DNA of 124,000 nucleotides from Hyalangium minutum (GCF_000737315.1 NZ_JMCB01000005.1:20001-144000); one strand, 5' to 3'. Counted from the first letter of the stretch, positions 47,032 to 57,044 are shown. Translations and numbers: made by a program. The notes: generated by a model not told the origin, from the letters alone.

Positions 47032-48846
47032 TCAGACGATGGCGCGGTTGAACTCCCGCCTGGCCGTGCCGACCAAGAGCGGCTGCGGCTGGGGGGACAC
47101 TTCCTGGTGCGCGCTGAGGCCGTAGGCCTCGGTGGCCAGGTAGATGGTGGTCCGCAGCTGGCTTCCCTGCCGGCGCATGGAGGCCCACTGCATCAATCCC
47201 ACGCCCGTGTCGAGCCGGCGGTGCGCCAGTGCCCGCACCGCCCGCTCCAGCAGCATGTGGGCTTGCGGATCCAGCAGGAAGCGGATGCGCTCCAGGGCCT
47301 CCTGGTCATTGCGCACGTGGCAGCGCACGGGGACGTGCAGCGTGACGCTGGTGGGTCGATCCTCATCCGAGGTGAACGACAGGCACGTCAGCAGCGAGCG
47401 CGAGGACTCGACGCGGCCGGTGTGGCCCTTGAGCGCCTGGCAGAAGATCCACGCCTCGCCGGGCACGTACTCCGGTGCCAGCGCCATCACCGACTCGAGC
47501 TCCTCCGCGGTGATGTCCTTGTGCGCCAGGTAGATCTTCACGCGGGCCGTGCGGTGAGCGGACAGGTCCAGCGAGAAGTAGATGATCTGATCCAGCCCGT
47601 CCGGACGCAGGGTGTGCTCGCTGAGGCAGCGCCAGACGCGGTGCAGGCCCAGCCGCTCCAGGGCCTCCTGCACCACCGCGTGGGCCCGCTCGGGGCCCTG
47701 GGCCGCGGGGTTGAAGTAGACCTTGATGTCGGCCCGGCCGTTCTTGAGGAAGAAGGCGTGCCAGAGCGCGAAGCGGGCGCGGGGATCCACCGGCTCGAAC
47801 AGATCCTTCACGAGGTTGAAGCGCTCCAGCCGGACGCCGAACTCCTGGCTCAGCCGCTCGGTGAGGGCAATGCCGTCTTCCCAGGTGGAGCGCAGCGTGG
47901 TGGGGCCGTGGGCGCTCTGGGACTCCATCAAGAAGCGCACCTCGGGCCGTCCGTCCTCGAGCGCCAGGGACAGCTCGTACGGCGTGTGGTCGTCGGTGAT
48001 GTCCGACTTCCAGGGCGGGGTGGAGCCGATCTGCTGGGAGCCCCAGGGACTGCTCATGAAGCTGAAGAAGCGCTTCACCGTCTCTGTGTCCGAGGCGTCG
48101 TAGCCCACCGCCTCGCAGAGCGCCTGCAGGCGGGCAATGCCGAACTCCTCGAAGGTCAGGGAGGAGGGTGGCTCCCACGCGATCAGCGCCCGCTTCACCT
48201 CCAACTGGTGCAGCGCGTACGCCAGCAGGTGGTTGCTCAGGCCCATGAGGTGGCTGAAGACCTCATCCACGGTCTCCAGGGCCTCCTTCTCTGAACCCGG
48301 CGGAAGCTGCTGGCCCGCGGTGGCCCAGCACGAGGCTCCCTCCAGCTGCGCGCGCAGGAACCGGAAACCCACCAGTTCCTTGCCCGTGCGCGCCTCGAAC
48401 GTGCGGGCCACGTGCTCGAGCGCTCCCAGGCCCATGCTCCCCGCCGTGTGGAGCGCCCGCATCAGGATCTGCGCCTGGACCGGGCTCGCGTTCGCCGCCA
48501 CATCAATGAGCTCGAAGAGCGTCTTGCGAGTGAAGCTGCCCTCCGCTCCCCACAGCAGCCGCAGCATGCCGTTGAGGTCCGAGGTGGAGCTCAGCCCCAG
48601 CATCTGCAGATCGCTCAGATAAGCGGCCCAGTGCGCACTCTCCTGGGGGTTCTCCGGGACGAGCTCGGGCTCCTCCCCCATCATCGTGCGGTTCAGGTCC
48701 GCCAAGCCCAGCACGAGCGGCGCCAGACAGGGCAGGAAGCTCAGACGTTCCTGGGGCGAGAGGCGTGTATCCCGGAGGAAGCCCACGAAAGAAGACCTGG
48801 CGAAGATCTGCTGCCGCTCTCTCAAATGCTCCAGGACCTGCTGCAT
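47032..48846 (-). CDS. Fusion: AetD-like heme-oxygenase-fold domain plus tryptophan dimethylallyltransferase (DMATS)
   Basis: C-terminal SDITDDHTPYELSL, KVYFNP, YFSLDL..RVKIY ABBA-prenyltransferase motifs; N-terminus resembles AetD (FLRD..LSP.ERL..PC.A......DLNR). Confidence 0.8.
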   Translation of the reverse strand: MQQVLEHLRERQQIFARSSFVGFLRDTRLSPQERLSFLPCLAPLVLGLADLNRTMMGEEPELVPENPQESAHWAAYLSDLQMLGLSSTSDLNGMLRLLWGAEGSFTRKTLFELIDVAANASPVQAQILMRALHTAGSMGLGALEHVARTFEARTGKELVGFRFLRAQLEGASCWATAGQQLPPGSEKEALETVDEVFSHLMGLSNHLLAYALHQLEVKRALIAWEPPSSLTFEEFGIARLQALCEAVGYDASDTETVKRFFSFMSSPWGSQQIGSTPPWKSDITDDHTPYELSLALEDGRPEVRFLMESQSAHGPTTLRSTWEDGIALTERLSQEFGVRLERFNLVKDLFEPVDPRARFALWHAFFLKNGRADIKVYFNPAAQGPERAHAVVQEALERLGLHRVWRCLSEHTLRPDGLDQIIYFSLDLSAHRTARVKIYLAHKDITAEELESVMALAPEYVPGEAWIFCQALKGHTGRVESSRSLLTCLSFTSDEDRPTSVTLHVPVRCHVRNDQEALERIRFLLDPQAHMLLERAVRALAHRRLDTGVGLMQWASMRRQGSQLRTTIYLATEAYGLSAHQEVSPQPQPLLVGTARREFNRAIV

Positions 48847-49307
48847 CGGTTTTGCTCCTCGACTGGACTGGTCAAGACCCAGCGCCCGGGCTTCTGGGCT
48901 CGCTGCTGTGATTCGGTAACCCCCCAGAATTTGGCAATCAATGAGGGGTGATTCAGACCCGCCCCATCGACTTCCGACAGGTGTGGTTGTAACGCATTTT
49001 TTTTATTCGGGTCAAATAGAATGGGTAAAAAATCTCTACCCTGCGAGATTCTTTGGCAAGTGGGAGTGTGTTGATCTCTTAGGTTTTCAGTCCTGGCAAA
49101 AAACACGCAACATTTTCCCCGGGTGGGTGAGGAATGACTCACATGCGGAAAATGACCCAGGTGGGATGAACAGCCATCTCGGCCTGGAGACTGAGAGAAA
49201 AAGGACTACCCAGAAGGTTCTATCTGGGATTGATCGGATAGCGGGGCTCTGGATCGAGGCGTGATCCAGGCCTCAACAGGGCAGGAGCAACCGGGGCTGT
49301 GGGTGGG

Positions 49308-49652
49308 TCAGTTCAGCCAGCGCGGCACGCCGGACTCGGGGGACTGCTCCTCCGAGAGCCAGGCGATGGAGAGCTCATCGCCCAGGGCCGTGTCGAAGTT
49401 CGCGGCGATGACATATCCCGCAGGCGTGGCCTGGCAGCGGAGGATGTTCAGCCGCGTCCGAGGGATGAGCAGCTCGGGGATGCTGGCCTCGATGGATTGC
49501 CCGGGCTCTACGGGCACGCGAGACAGCAACAGGCAGCCGCTGGCCGAGGCATTGATGATGTCCGCGTCCAGCACTTCACGGGGGCAGTGGAGCTTGATGG
49601 CCAGCCGCAAGGGGTACCGTTGGTGCCGACGCCGCTCGTTGTCGTAGGACAC
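49308..49652 (-). CDS. PilZ domain protein
   Basis: RRHQR and NASASG c-di-GMP motifs; GTG start inferred. Confidence 0.8.
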   Translation of the reverse strand: MSYDNERRRHQRYPLRLAIKLHCPREVLDADIINASASGCLLLSRVPVEPGQSIEASIPELLIPRTRLNILRCQATPAGYVIAANFDTALGDELSIAWLSEEQSPESGVPRWLN

Positions 49653-49877
49653 GGGATGCCTCCTGACGCGCTGCCCGTCATCCACGGCGGGACATGAGGT
49701 GAAACAATATGCGGGTTTCATACCGAGAGGCAGCCCTTGCGGCTTGTCTACATCGGCATGCAATGTGTTGCATGGGGTTGACAGGTGAGCAAAAGAAGGG
49801 TTTTTGTTTTCAATGTGTGTCTTTGAAGTCCCGCAGATACATTTAGGGGAAGGCGGGGCCCTGACATGGTGGTCCTC

Positions 49878-50801
49878 ATGAAATGGAGCTCCCTGTTGTT
49901 GGTGTCCCTGGGCCTTGCTGCTCCAGTGAGCGCTGCGCCCCCATCCACCCCCAAACCTTCCACCCCGCCCATGAATGCCTCTCCTGGAATCGAAGCCGAG
50001 ACCCGTGCCTGGCACACCGAACGCGTCTCCCGGCTGACGTCGGACGATGGGTGGCTCACGCTGGTGGGGCTGCATTGGCTCAAGGAGGGCGCCAACCGCT
50101 TTGGCTCTGCGCCGGACAATGACGTGGTGTTCCCGGCGGCCTTTCCCGCTCATGCGGGCACCTTCACCCGGAAGGGAGCCACGGTGAGCCTCGCGCTCGA
50201 GAAGGGCACGTCCCTGGCGCTGGAGGGCAAGCCCTTCACCGGAGGCGCGCTGCGCAGTGATGCCGACGGCAAGCCGGACACGCTGGCGCTGGGCTCCGTG
50301 CGCTTCTTCGTGATTCGCCGCGGCGATCGGCTGGGCGTGCGGGTGAAGGACTCGGAGGCGCCCACGCGCAAGGCGTTCCACGGCATCCCCACCTACGCCC
50401 CAAGCGCCGCCTGGCGGGTGGAGGGGCGCTTCGAGCCCGCCACCACCGAGAAGAAGATCTCCGTTCCCAATGTGCTGGGCGAGGTGGAGGAGATGGTGTC
50501 CCCGGGCACCGTCGTCTTCACCGTGGGAGGTCAGGAGTACCGGCTCTCGCCGGTGCAGGAGCCGGGCGAGGATCAGCTCTTCTTCATCTTCGGAGACCTG
50601 ACCAACCGCGATGAGACGTACGGCGCGGGCCGCTTCCTGTACGCAGCCATGCCGAAGGAGGGGAAGGTGGTGCTGGACTTCAACCGGGCCTACAACCCGC
50701 CGTGCGCGTTCACCTCGTTCGCCACCTGCCCGCTGCCGCCGTCGCAGAACCGGCTCAAGGTGCGGGTCGAGGCCGGAGAGAAGCGCTACGGCGACCACTG
50801 A
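49878..50801 (+). CDS. DUF1684 protein
   Basis: GWLTLVGLHWL, TYGAGRFL, DFNRAYNPPCAF. Confidence 0.9.
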   Translation: MKWSSLLLVSLGLAAPVSAAPPSTPKPSTPPMNASPGIEAETRAWHTERVSRLTSDDGWLTLVGLHWLKEGANRFGSAPDNDVVFPAAFPAHAGTFTRKGATVSLALEKGTSLALEGKPFTGGALRSDADGKPDTLALGSVRFFVIRRGDRLGVRVKDSEAPTRKAFHGIPTYAPSAAWRVEGRFEPATTEKKISVPNVLGEVEEMVSPGTVVFTVGGQEYRLSPVQEPGEDQLFFIFGDLTNRDETYGAGRFLYAAMPKEGKVVLDFNRAYNPPCAFTSFATCPLPPSQNRLKVRVEAGEKRYGDH

Positions 50802-50813
50802 GCCAGCGCACGC

Positions 50814-51947
50814 TCATGCCGCCGAGAGCTTCAGGTCCTTGTTCAGTCCAGCGTCCCGGCTCACGCGCCAGATCTTCTGATCCAGGTAGTAGTGGTGCAG
50901 GGCGAAGCCCCAGATGAAGCCCGAGGCCAGGTCTCTCAGCGAGAGGCCTGCGCCGAGCATCAGCTTCGCGTCGAACGTGCCGCAGCCGGGGTGCAAGCCG
51001 AAGCCGCAGCCCAGCGCGCGGTAGGCCAGGGTGAAGGCCACGCCACACGCCGCATAGATGAGGAAGCGCCCGCTGATGCGCGGCGCGAGCCCGAAGTCGG
51101 CGTGCTCCACGCCGGGCCCGTGGTAGCGGTTGCGGTGATAGAACCAGACGATGCCGTGGTACTGGACGTTGTGGAACGCCGTCACCACCACGGCGACCAT
51201 GAGAAACTCCACGCGGCGCGCCACCCCGGGCAGGAAGAGCAGCACACTCAGCCCGATCGCCGCAGCCAGCAGCAGCACCTTGGGCCCGTTGATGCCGAGG
51301 CCCTGGCGCCACCGCTGGAACTGCCGCGCGGCGAAGAGCGCCACCACCGCGAAGGTCACCGCCCAGCACGCCCAGGCCAGGTTCTCCTCCACCCCCGGCT
51401 GCGGCCCCAGCCCGAGCAGCCTGCGCGCCACCGGGTGCGTGACGGCGAAGGCCCCGAACGGCGCCAGCAGCCCTCCATACAGCGTGAGGCTGTCCACCCG
51501 GCGATCCACTGGGAGCGTGTCCCGGTTCTTCCGCTGGTAGAGCGTCATCAGCCCGTAGTGCTGGCGCACCACGTGCCAGTAGGCCCACAGGCTGGCGAAG
51601 GTCAGGAACAGGTCGAACGGCAGCCGCTGGCCCAGCAGCACCGAGACCCCAAAAATCAGGGGACCCGCGGCGAACCAGCCCAGGCTGCCGAGCAGCAGCC
51701 GGCGCCTCGCCGTGCGCTCCCGACGGTCCAGGTAGGTCCTCGAAAGCGTGGCGAAGATGTGCGGCCCGTCCAGCGTGAGCACCCACATCCACCACAGCAC
51801 CAGGCCGCTCACGCCCACGCCCAGATGGAGGCCGAGCAGCACGAGGCTCGCAGCCAGCCCTCCCACGGTGGAGAGCAGATCATGCCGGCGATCGACGAGC
51901 CAGCCCGCGTGCAGGGGGACGGCGGGGGCGGCGGAGACTGCGCTCAT
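50814..51947 (-). CDS. Uncharacterised multi-pass membrane protein with His motifs
   Basis: DGPHIFAT, YWHVVRQHYG, FHNVQYH, HHYYLD. Confidence 0.75.
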   Translation of the reverse strand: MSAVSAAPAVPLHAGWLVDRRHDLLSTVGGLAASLVLLGLHLGVGVSGLVLWWMWVLTLDGPHIFATLSRTYLDRRERTARRRLLLGSLGWFAAGPLIFGVSVLLGQRLPFDLFLTFASLWAYWHVVRQHYGLMTLYQRKNRDTLPVDRRVDSLTLYGGLLAPFGAFAVTHPVARRLLGLGPQPGVEENLAWACWAVTFAVVALFAARQFQRWRQGLGINGPKVLLLAAAIGLSVLLFLPGVARRVEFLMVAVVVTAFHNVQYHGIVWFYHRNRYHGPGVEHADFGLAPRISGRFLIYAACGVAFTLAYRALGCGFGLHPGCGTFDAKLMLGAGLSLRDLASGFIWGFALHHYYLDQKIWRVSRDAGLNKDLKLSAA

Positions 51948-52114
51948 TCAGGGCTCCTGCGACGCGTGGGGTCCGAGCCCGTCAAGGATGCCATGGGGTG
52001 GGTGGATCCGCTGGGTGAGGCATGTGCCTACACAGTGAAGGTGCGGCCAAACAAGCGTGCTTTGGGGAAATTAAGAGCTTGAGCGAGGGGTATCGGAGCG
52101 CGACAGTTCTGATC

Positions 52115-55100
52115 ATGGAACAGGGGCGGCGCGCGACAGACCGGAAAGCCGTAGGTCTGCTGGTGAAGCTCAAGCACTCGGATGTGGGGAGCTTCGCAGA
52201 GGAGTTCGCCACCAACTTGAGCCCTGGCGGCATGTTCATTCGCACGCGTACACCGCAGGCGGTGGGCACGCTTGTGAAGTTCGAGGTGCAGATTGCCGGC
52301 GGCGTCCGCGTGCTGCGCGGCACGGCCGTGGTGCGCTGGGTGCGCGAGACGACCAACGAGGAAGGCCCTCCGGGCATGGGGCTCCAGTTCCAGGAACTGG
52401 ACCCGGTCACCCAGTCGCTCATCGATCGGATGCTGCAGCTCAGCAAGGCGGCCGCTTCAGCGGGTGGGGCCGCGGCGGCGGGGGACAAACCCTCCGTGGA
52501 CGTGGAGGCGCTGGAGCGGGAGATGCTGGCCAAGGGCATGCTGGACCGGGTCGGCAAGCGCATCACCGCCTCGCGCCTGCCTGCCATCGCGCCCTCCGTT
52601 GCCCCGGTCTCCCGAACGGCGCCCAAGCAGGGCCCCGGTGCGAAGCGCCAGGCCGAGGAGCTCCCCTCGGGCCCGATGCTGACCGATGAGCGGCTGGAGG
52701 AGAGCGCCGATCTGGGCGACCTCATGGACGATCTCGAGTCGATGGGCTCGCAGATCGGCAAGCCCGGCAAGCCGCCCGTGTACTCGGTGCACACGGCTCC
52801 CACGCCCGTGCCCCTGGCCGTGCCCCCTCCCGGCGAAGATGACGTGAACATCGCCGTCGATGACCTGCTTTTGGTCACCCCGGAGTCTGCTTCCGCGTCC
52901 TCCGAGGTGAAGTTCGAGGTCGTCGACGAGCCCATGCCCGACATCGACTTCGAGATGGAGTCGTTGGGCGGGGATCTGCCCGTGGCCGTGGGCATGGCGC
53001 TGGAGGACGCCGAGGTGGCCCCCGTCCTTCAGGGCCAGCCCGTGCCTCCTCCTCCTCCGGCTGCACCCGCTCGTCCTGCGGCTCCGCTGCCGCCCGTGGC
53101 GAAGGCCTACCCTGCCGTAGCGCCGCAGCCTGCTCCCTCTGTGCAGGCTGCTCCGCCCCCGCCCCCGGTCTCCGCCGCGCCCCAGGTCCCGCCGCCCGCT
53201 CCGCCGCCTCCGGCCGCTCCGCCGCCTCCTCCGGCCGCCGCGGCTCCTCCAGCTCCGCTCAAGCCTGCGTTCGACGTGGATGTCGAGCTGGGCCTCATTG
53301 GCCCCAAGCTGGTGAACCAGTCGGACTCGCCGGACTTCAAGCCTGGCAAGGGCGTGGAGTTCGAGCTGAACCTCGGAAGCGGCGAGGACATCGACGTCGA
53401 CAAGCCGGGTCAGAAGCCTCGGCGCAAGCCTCCCAACCGCGCGCCGCCGCTCCCTGCCGCTACGCCTCCGTCTTCAGGGCCCGCGCCCTCGGCTCCTCGT
53501 TCGTTCCCCGCGGGGGCGCCCGAGGCTCGTGCGGAGGCGCCGCGTCCCGCTGCGCCCGTTCCCGGGAGCGCTGCCGCGCCTGCGCCCGCGCCTCCCCGGC
53601 CGCCGGTTCCCGAGGCTCCCCCCAAGATGGTCTTCCCGCCGACCGTCTTCCTGCATCCGCCCGAGCCAGTGGTGGGCACGGGGCCGGTGATAGGCATCGA
53701 TCTGGGCACCACCAACTCGTGCGTGGCCATCATGACGGGGGGCCGTCCCCAGGTGTTGCGCTCGAAGGAGGGCTACAACACCATCCCCTCGGTCATCTCG
53801 ATCAGCTCGCAGGGCAAGCTGCTCGTGAGCCACCGGGCCAAGAGCCAGCTCGTCATGCGCCCCACGCAGACGGTCTACGGCGCGAAGCGCATTGTCGGCC
53901 GTCCCTATGAGAGCGCCGTGGTGAAGCAGGTCCGCGAGCGCTTCCACTACGAGATCGTCCCCGACGCGCTGGGCCGTGCCGCCGTGCGCGTGGCCGACAA
54001 GGTGCTCTCGCTGGAGGAGGTGCAGGGCCTCATCCTCAAGGAGTGCAAGGAGATGGCTGAGCAGCACCTCGGCCAGAAGGTGGAGCGGGCGGTGGTGACG
54101 GTGCCCGCCTACTACTCCGAGCCGCAGCGCGAGGCCGTGCGCAAGTCCGGCGCCCTGGCGGGCCTGAAGGTCGAGCGCATCCTCAACGAGCCCACCTCCG
54201 CGGCGCTGGCCTACGGCCTCAACCGCGAGATGGACAAGCGGGTGCTGGTCTACGACCTGGGCGGCGGTACCTTCGACGCGACCATCCTGCGCATCGAGAA
54301 GAACGTCTTCGAGGTGCTGGCCACCGGCGGTGACATCTTCCTGGGCGGTCTCGACCTCGACAACGCCATCGTCGACTTCCTGCTGGAGCGCTTCCAGCAG
54401 CTGGAGAACGTGCCCTTCCAGGGAGACGGCGTGGCCCTGTCGCGCGTGAGTGACGCGGCCGAGAAGGCGAAGATCGCCCTCTCCGAGCGCCAGCACTACG
54501 AGGTCCATATCCCGATGCTGATGATGGACGAGATCGGCCGACCGAGGGACCTCAACTTCACGATGACGCGCGCGGACCTGGAGCGCATCTGCGAGAGCCT
54601 GGTGTCGCGCACGCTGGATGTGGTGCGGGACGTGCTGCTGGACGCGCGGCTGAAGCCCAGCGACATCGACGACATCATCCTCGTGGGCGGTCAGGCGCGC
54701 ATGCCGCTGGTGCGCGAGAAGATCAAATCGCTGTTCGGCAAGTCGGCGCACTCGAGCGTGAACGCGGACGAGGCGGTGGCGCTGGGCGCGGCGCTGTACT
54801 CGACGGCGATCGACAAGGTGAGCAGCGTGGTGCTCATCGACGTGCTGCCGATGACGATCGGTCTGGCGATGCCGGGCGGCTCGTTCCAGCGCGTCATCGA
54901 GCGCAACACCCCGCTGCCGGCGCAGCGCTCGTTCGCGGTGGCGACCTCCCGGGACGACGAGGAGGTGCTGGAGCTGTCCATCTTCCAAGGAGAGGACAAC
55001 CACATCTCCGCCAACGAATACCTGGGCACCGTGCGGCTGGAGGGACTGCCGAAGGGCCCGAAGGGCTCGGTGCGCGTGGCGGTGACGATCAAGCTGGACG

Positions 55101-55315
55101 CGGAGTGTGTGCTCTACGTCGAGGCCCGGGAGTACCAGACGCGCAAGACGGTGCGGGCGACGCTGGCCACGCGGTACACGCCGGAGGAGTTGGCCCAACA
55201 GCTCAAGGTGGACGCGAACGCGGCGCGCGCAGCCGAGGAGCGCCGGGGCGCGGATCTGCGCGAGCGCGCGGGCCGCTTCTGGGGCTTCCTCAAGAAGGTG
55301 GTGGGCCGGTCCTGA
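52115..55315 (+). CDS. PilZ (TIGR02266-type)-DnaK fusion chaperone
   Basis: N-terminal NLSPGGMFI PilZ, Pro-rich linker, GIDLGTTNS and DLGGGTFD Hsp70 motifs. Confidence 0.9.
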   Translation: MEQGRRATDRKAVGLLVKLKHSDVGSFAEEFATNLSPGGMFIRTRTPQAVGTLVKFEVQIAGGVRVLRGTAVVRWVRETTNEEGPPGMGLQFQELDPVTQSLIDRMLQLSKAAASAGGAAAAGDKPSVDVEALEREMLAKGMLDRVGKRITASRLPAIAPSVAPVSRTAPKQGPGAKRQAEELPSGPMLTDERLEESADLGDLMDDLESMGSQIGKPGKPPVYSVHTAPTPVPLAVPPPGEDDVNIAVDDLLLVTPESASASSEVKFEVVDEPMPDIDFEMESLGGDLPVAVGMALEDAEVAPVLQGQPVPPPPPAAPARPAAPLPPVAKAYPAVAPQPAPSVQAAPPPPPVSAAPQVPPPAPPPPAAPPPPPAAAAPPAPLKPAFDVDVELGLIGPKLVNQSDSPDFKPGKGVEFELNLGSGEDIDVDKPGQKPRRKPPNRAPPLPAATPPSSGPAPSAPRSFPAGAPEARAEAPRPAAPVPGSAAAPAPAPPRPPVPEAPPKMVFPPTVFLHPPEPVVGTGPVIGIDLGTTNSCVAIMTGGRPQVLRSKEGYNTIPSVISISSQGKLLVSHRAKSQLVMRPTQTVYGAKRIVGRPYESAVVKQVRERFHYEIVPDALGRAAVRVADKVLSLEEVQGLILKECKEMAEQHLGQKVERAVVTVPAYYSEPQREAVRKSGALAGLKVERILNEPTSAALAYGLNREMDKRVLVYDLGGGTFDATILRIEKNVFEVLATGGDIFLGGLDLDNAIVDFLLERFQQLENVPFQGDGVALSRVSDAAEKAKIALSERQHYEVHIPMLMMDEIGRPRDLNFTMTRADLERICESLVSRTLDVVRDVLLDARLKPSDIDDIILVGGQARMPLVREKIKSLFGKSAHSSVNADEAVALGAALYSTAIDKVSSVVLIDVLPMTIGLAMPGGSFQRVIERNTPLPAQRSFAVATSRDDEEVLELSIFQGEDNHISANEYLGTVRLEGLPKGPKGSVRVAVTIKLDAECVLYVEAREYQTRKTVRATLATRYTPEELAQQLKVDANAARAAEERRGADLRERAGRFWGFLKKVVGRS

Positions 55316-55361
55316 GGCCCCCCTCTGGCTCCCACGGGAGCGGTGCTGGTAGACGTGGCGT

Positions 55362-57044
55362 ATGTCGCGTCTCCCTGCCTCGCTGATCCTCCTCGCCATG
55401 ACCGGGGCCTGTGGCTCGGGCTCTGGTGGCGGTCCTGGTCCTTCGAATCCCGGGACGACTCCGAACACTCCTGCGGTCGAGATTACTCCGGCGGCGGGGG
55501 ACGAGTGGTATCGCAAGGCCGTCTTCTACGAGGTCTTCGTCCGGAGCTTCCAGGACTCGAATGGAGACGGGAAGGGGGACCTGAAGGGCCTCCTGTCGCG
55601 CCTGGACTATCTCAACGACGGCGATCCGAACACGACGCAGGACCTGGGCGTGGATGCGCTGTGGCTCATGCCCATCTTCGAGTCGCCGAGCTACCACGGC
55701 TATGACGTGGTGGACTACGAGCGCATCGAGCCGGACTACGGCACCCTGGAGGACTTCGAGCTGCTGTGCGTCGAGGCCCACAAACGGGGGATGCGCGTCA
55801 TCCTCGACTTCGTGATCAACCACTCGGGGGTAGGGCACCCGTGGTTCGTGGAGTCCGCCTCGTCGCCCACGTCGGCAAAGCGCGGCTGGTACGTGTGGAA
55901 GGATCAGGATCCGGGCTGGAAGCAGCCATGGAGCCAGTTCTCGAACACCCCCACGTGGCACAAGCGCAACGGCGCCTACTACTACGGCGTGTTCTGGGAC
56001 GGGATGCCGGACCTGAACATGCAGAACGCGGAGCTGCGCGCGGAGGTGAAGCGCCTGGCCTCGCTGTGGCTCGAGCGCGGCGCGGATGGCTTTCGGCTGG
56101 ATGCCGCGCGCTACCTCATCGAGACGGGGGCGGGCGCGGGCCAGGCGGACACTCCGGAGACGCACGCCTTCTGGAAGGAGTTCGCCGCGCACGTGCGGCA
56201 GGCCAAGCCGGACGCGGTGCTGGTGGGGGAGAACTGGAGCACCACGCCCATTGTCGCCACCTATTACGGCTCGACGGCGAAGGTGCCGGGTGGCGACGAG
56301 CTGCCGCTCAACTTCAACTTCGGTATCTCCGAGCAGATCCTCGCGGGGCTCAATGGCAACAATGCGGCGCCCATCGCGGCGAAGCTGGCGGAGATGGCGC
56401 GCGTATACCCGGCAGGGGTGAGCGATGCGCCCTTCCTCACGAACCACGACATGGTGCGGCTGTCCACGCAGCTCAGTGGGAACGCGGGCAAGCTGGCCAA
56501 TGCGGCGGCGCTGCTGCTCACCCTGCCTGGGGCTCCCTTCCTCTATTATGGAGAGGAGCTGGGAATGTCGAACGGTGGCGAGAACAACGACGAGTCCAAG
56601 CGCACGCCGATGCCCTGGAACGGCACGGCGGGAGGTGGCTTCACCACGGGGACGCCCTGGTACAGCTTCTCGGGGGGGTACACGTCGGGGCGCAACGTGG
56701 CTGCCCAGGAGAACGCTGCGGGCTCGTTGTTGTCGCGCTACCGGGCGCTGATCCGGGCGCGCCATGCCTCGGAGGCGCTGAGCCGCGGGGGACTCAAGCT
56801 CCTCTCGTCGACGCAGGGGACTCAGGTCATGCTCTCCTTCGTGCGCACGCTGGGCGAGGAGCGGGTGCTGGTGGTGCACAACGTCACGGACTACAACGTG
56901 TCCGCGGGCCCGTTCGACCTGCCGGGTACCACGCCCGAGATTCTCTTCGCCGACAGCAACGTCTCCGCGCTCACGAAGACCGCCACCGGTTGGCAGGCGA
57001 GCCTGCCGCCTCGCACCACGGGCATCTGGCGCCTGAAGCCGTGA
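55362..57044 (+). CDS. GH13 alpha-amylase lipoprotein
   Basis: Lipobox GAC; YHGYD, DFVINH, GFRLDA, GENW, NHD. Confidence 0.92.
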   Translation: MSRLPASLILLAMTGACGSGSGGGPGPSNPGTTPNTPAVEITPAAGDEWYRKAVFYEVFVRSFQDSNGDGKGDLKGLLSRLDYLNDGDPNTTQDLGVDALWLMPIFESPSYHGYDVVDYERIEPDYGTLEDFELLCVEAHKRGMRVILDFVINHSGVGHPWFVESASSPTSAKRGWYVWKDQDPGWKQPWSQFSNTPTWHKRNGAYYYGVFWDGMPDLNMQNAELRAEVKRLASLWLERGADGFRLDAARYLIETGAGAGQADTPETHAFWKEFAAHVRQAKPDAVLVGENWSTTPIVATYYGSTAKVPGGDELPLNFNFGISEQILAGLNGNNAAPIAAKLAEMARVYPAGVSDAPFLTNHDMVRLSTQLSGNAGKLANAAALLLTLPGAPFLYYGEELGMSNGGENNDESKRTPMPWNGTAGGGFTTGTPWYSFSGGYTSGRNVAAQENAAGSLLSRYRALIRARHASEALSRGGLKLLSSTQGTQVMLSFVRTLGEERVLVVHNVTDYNVSAGPFDLPGTTPEILFADSNVSALTKTATGWQASLPPRTTGIWRLKP

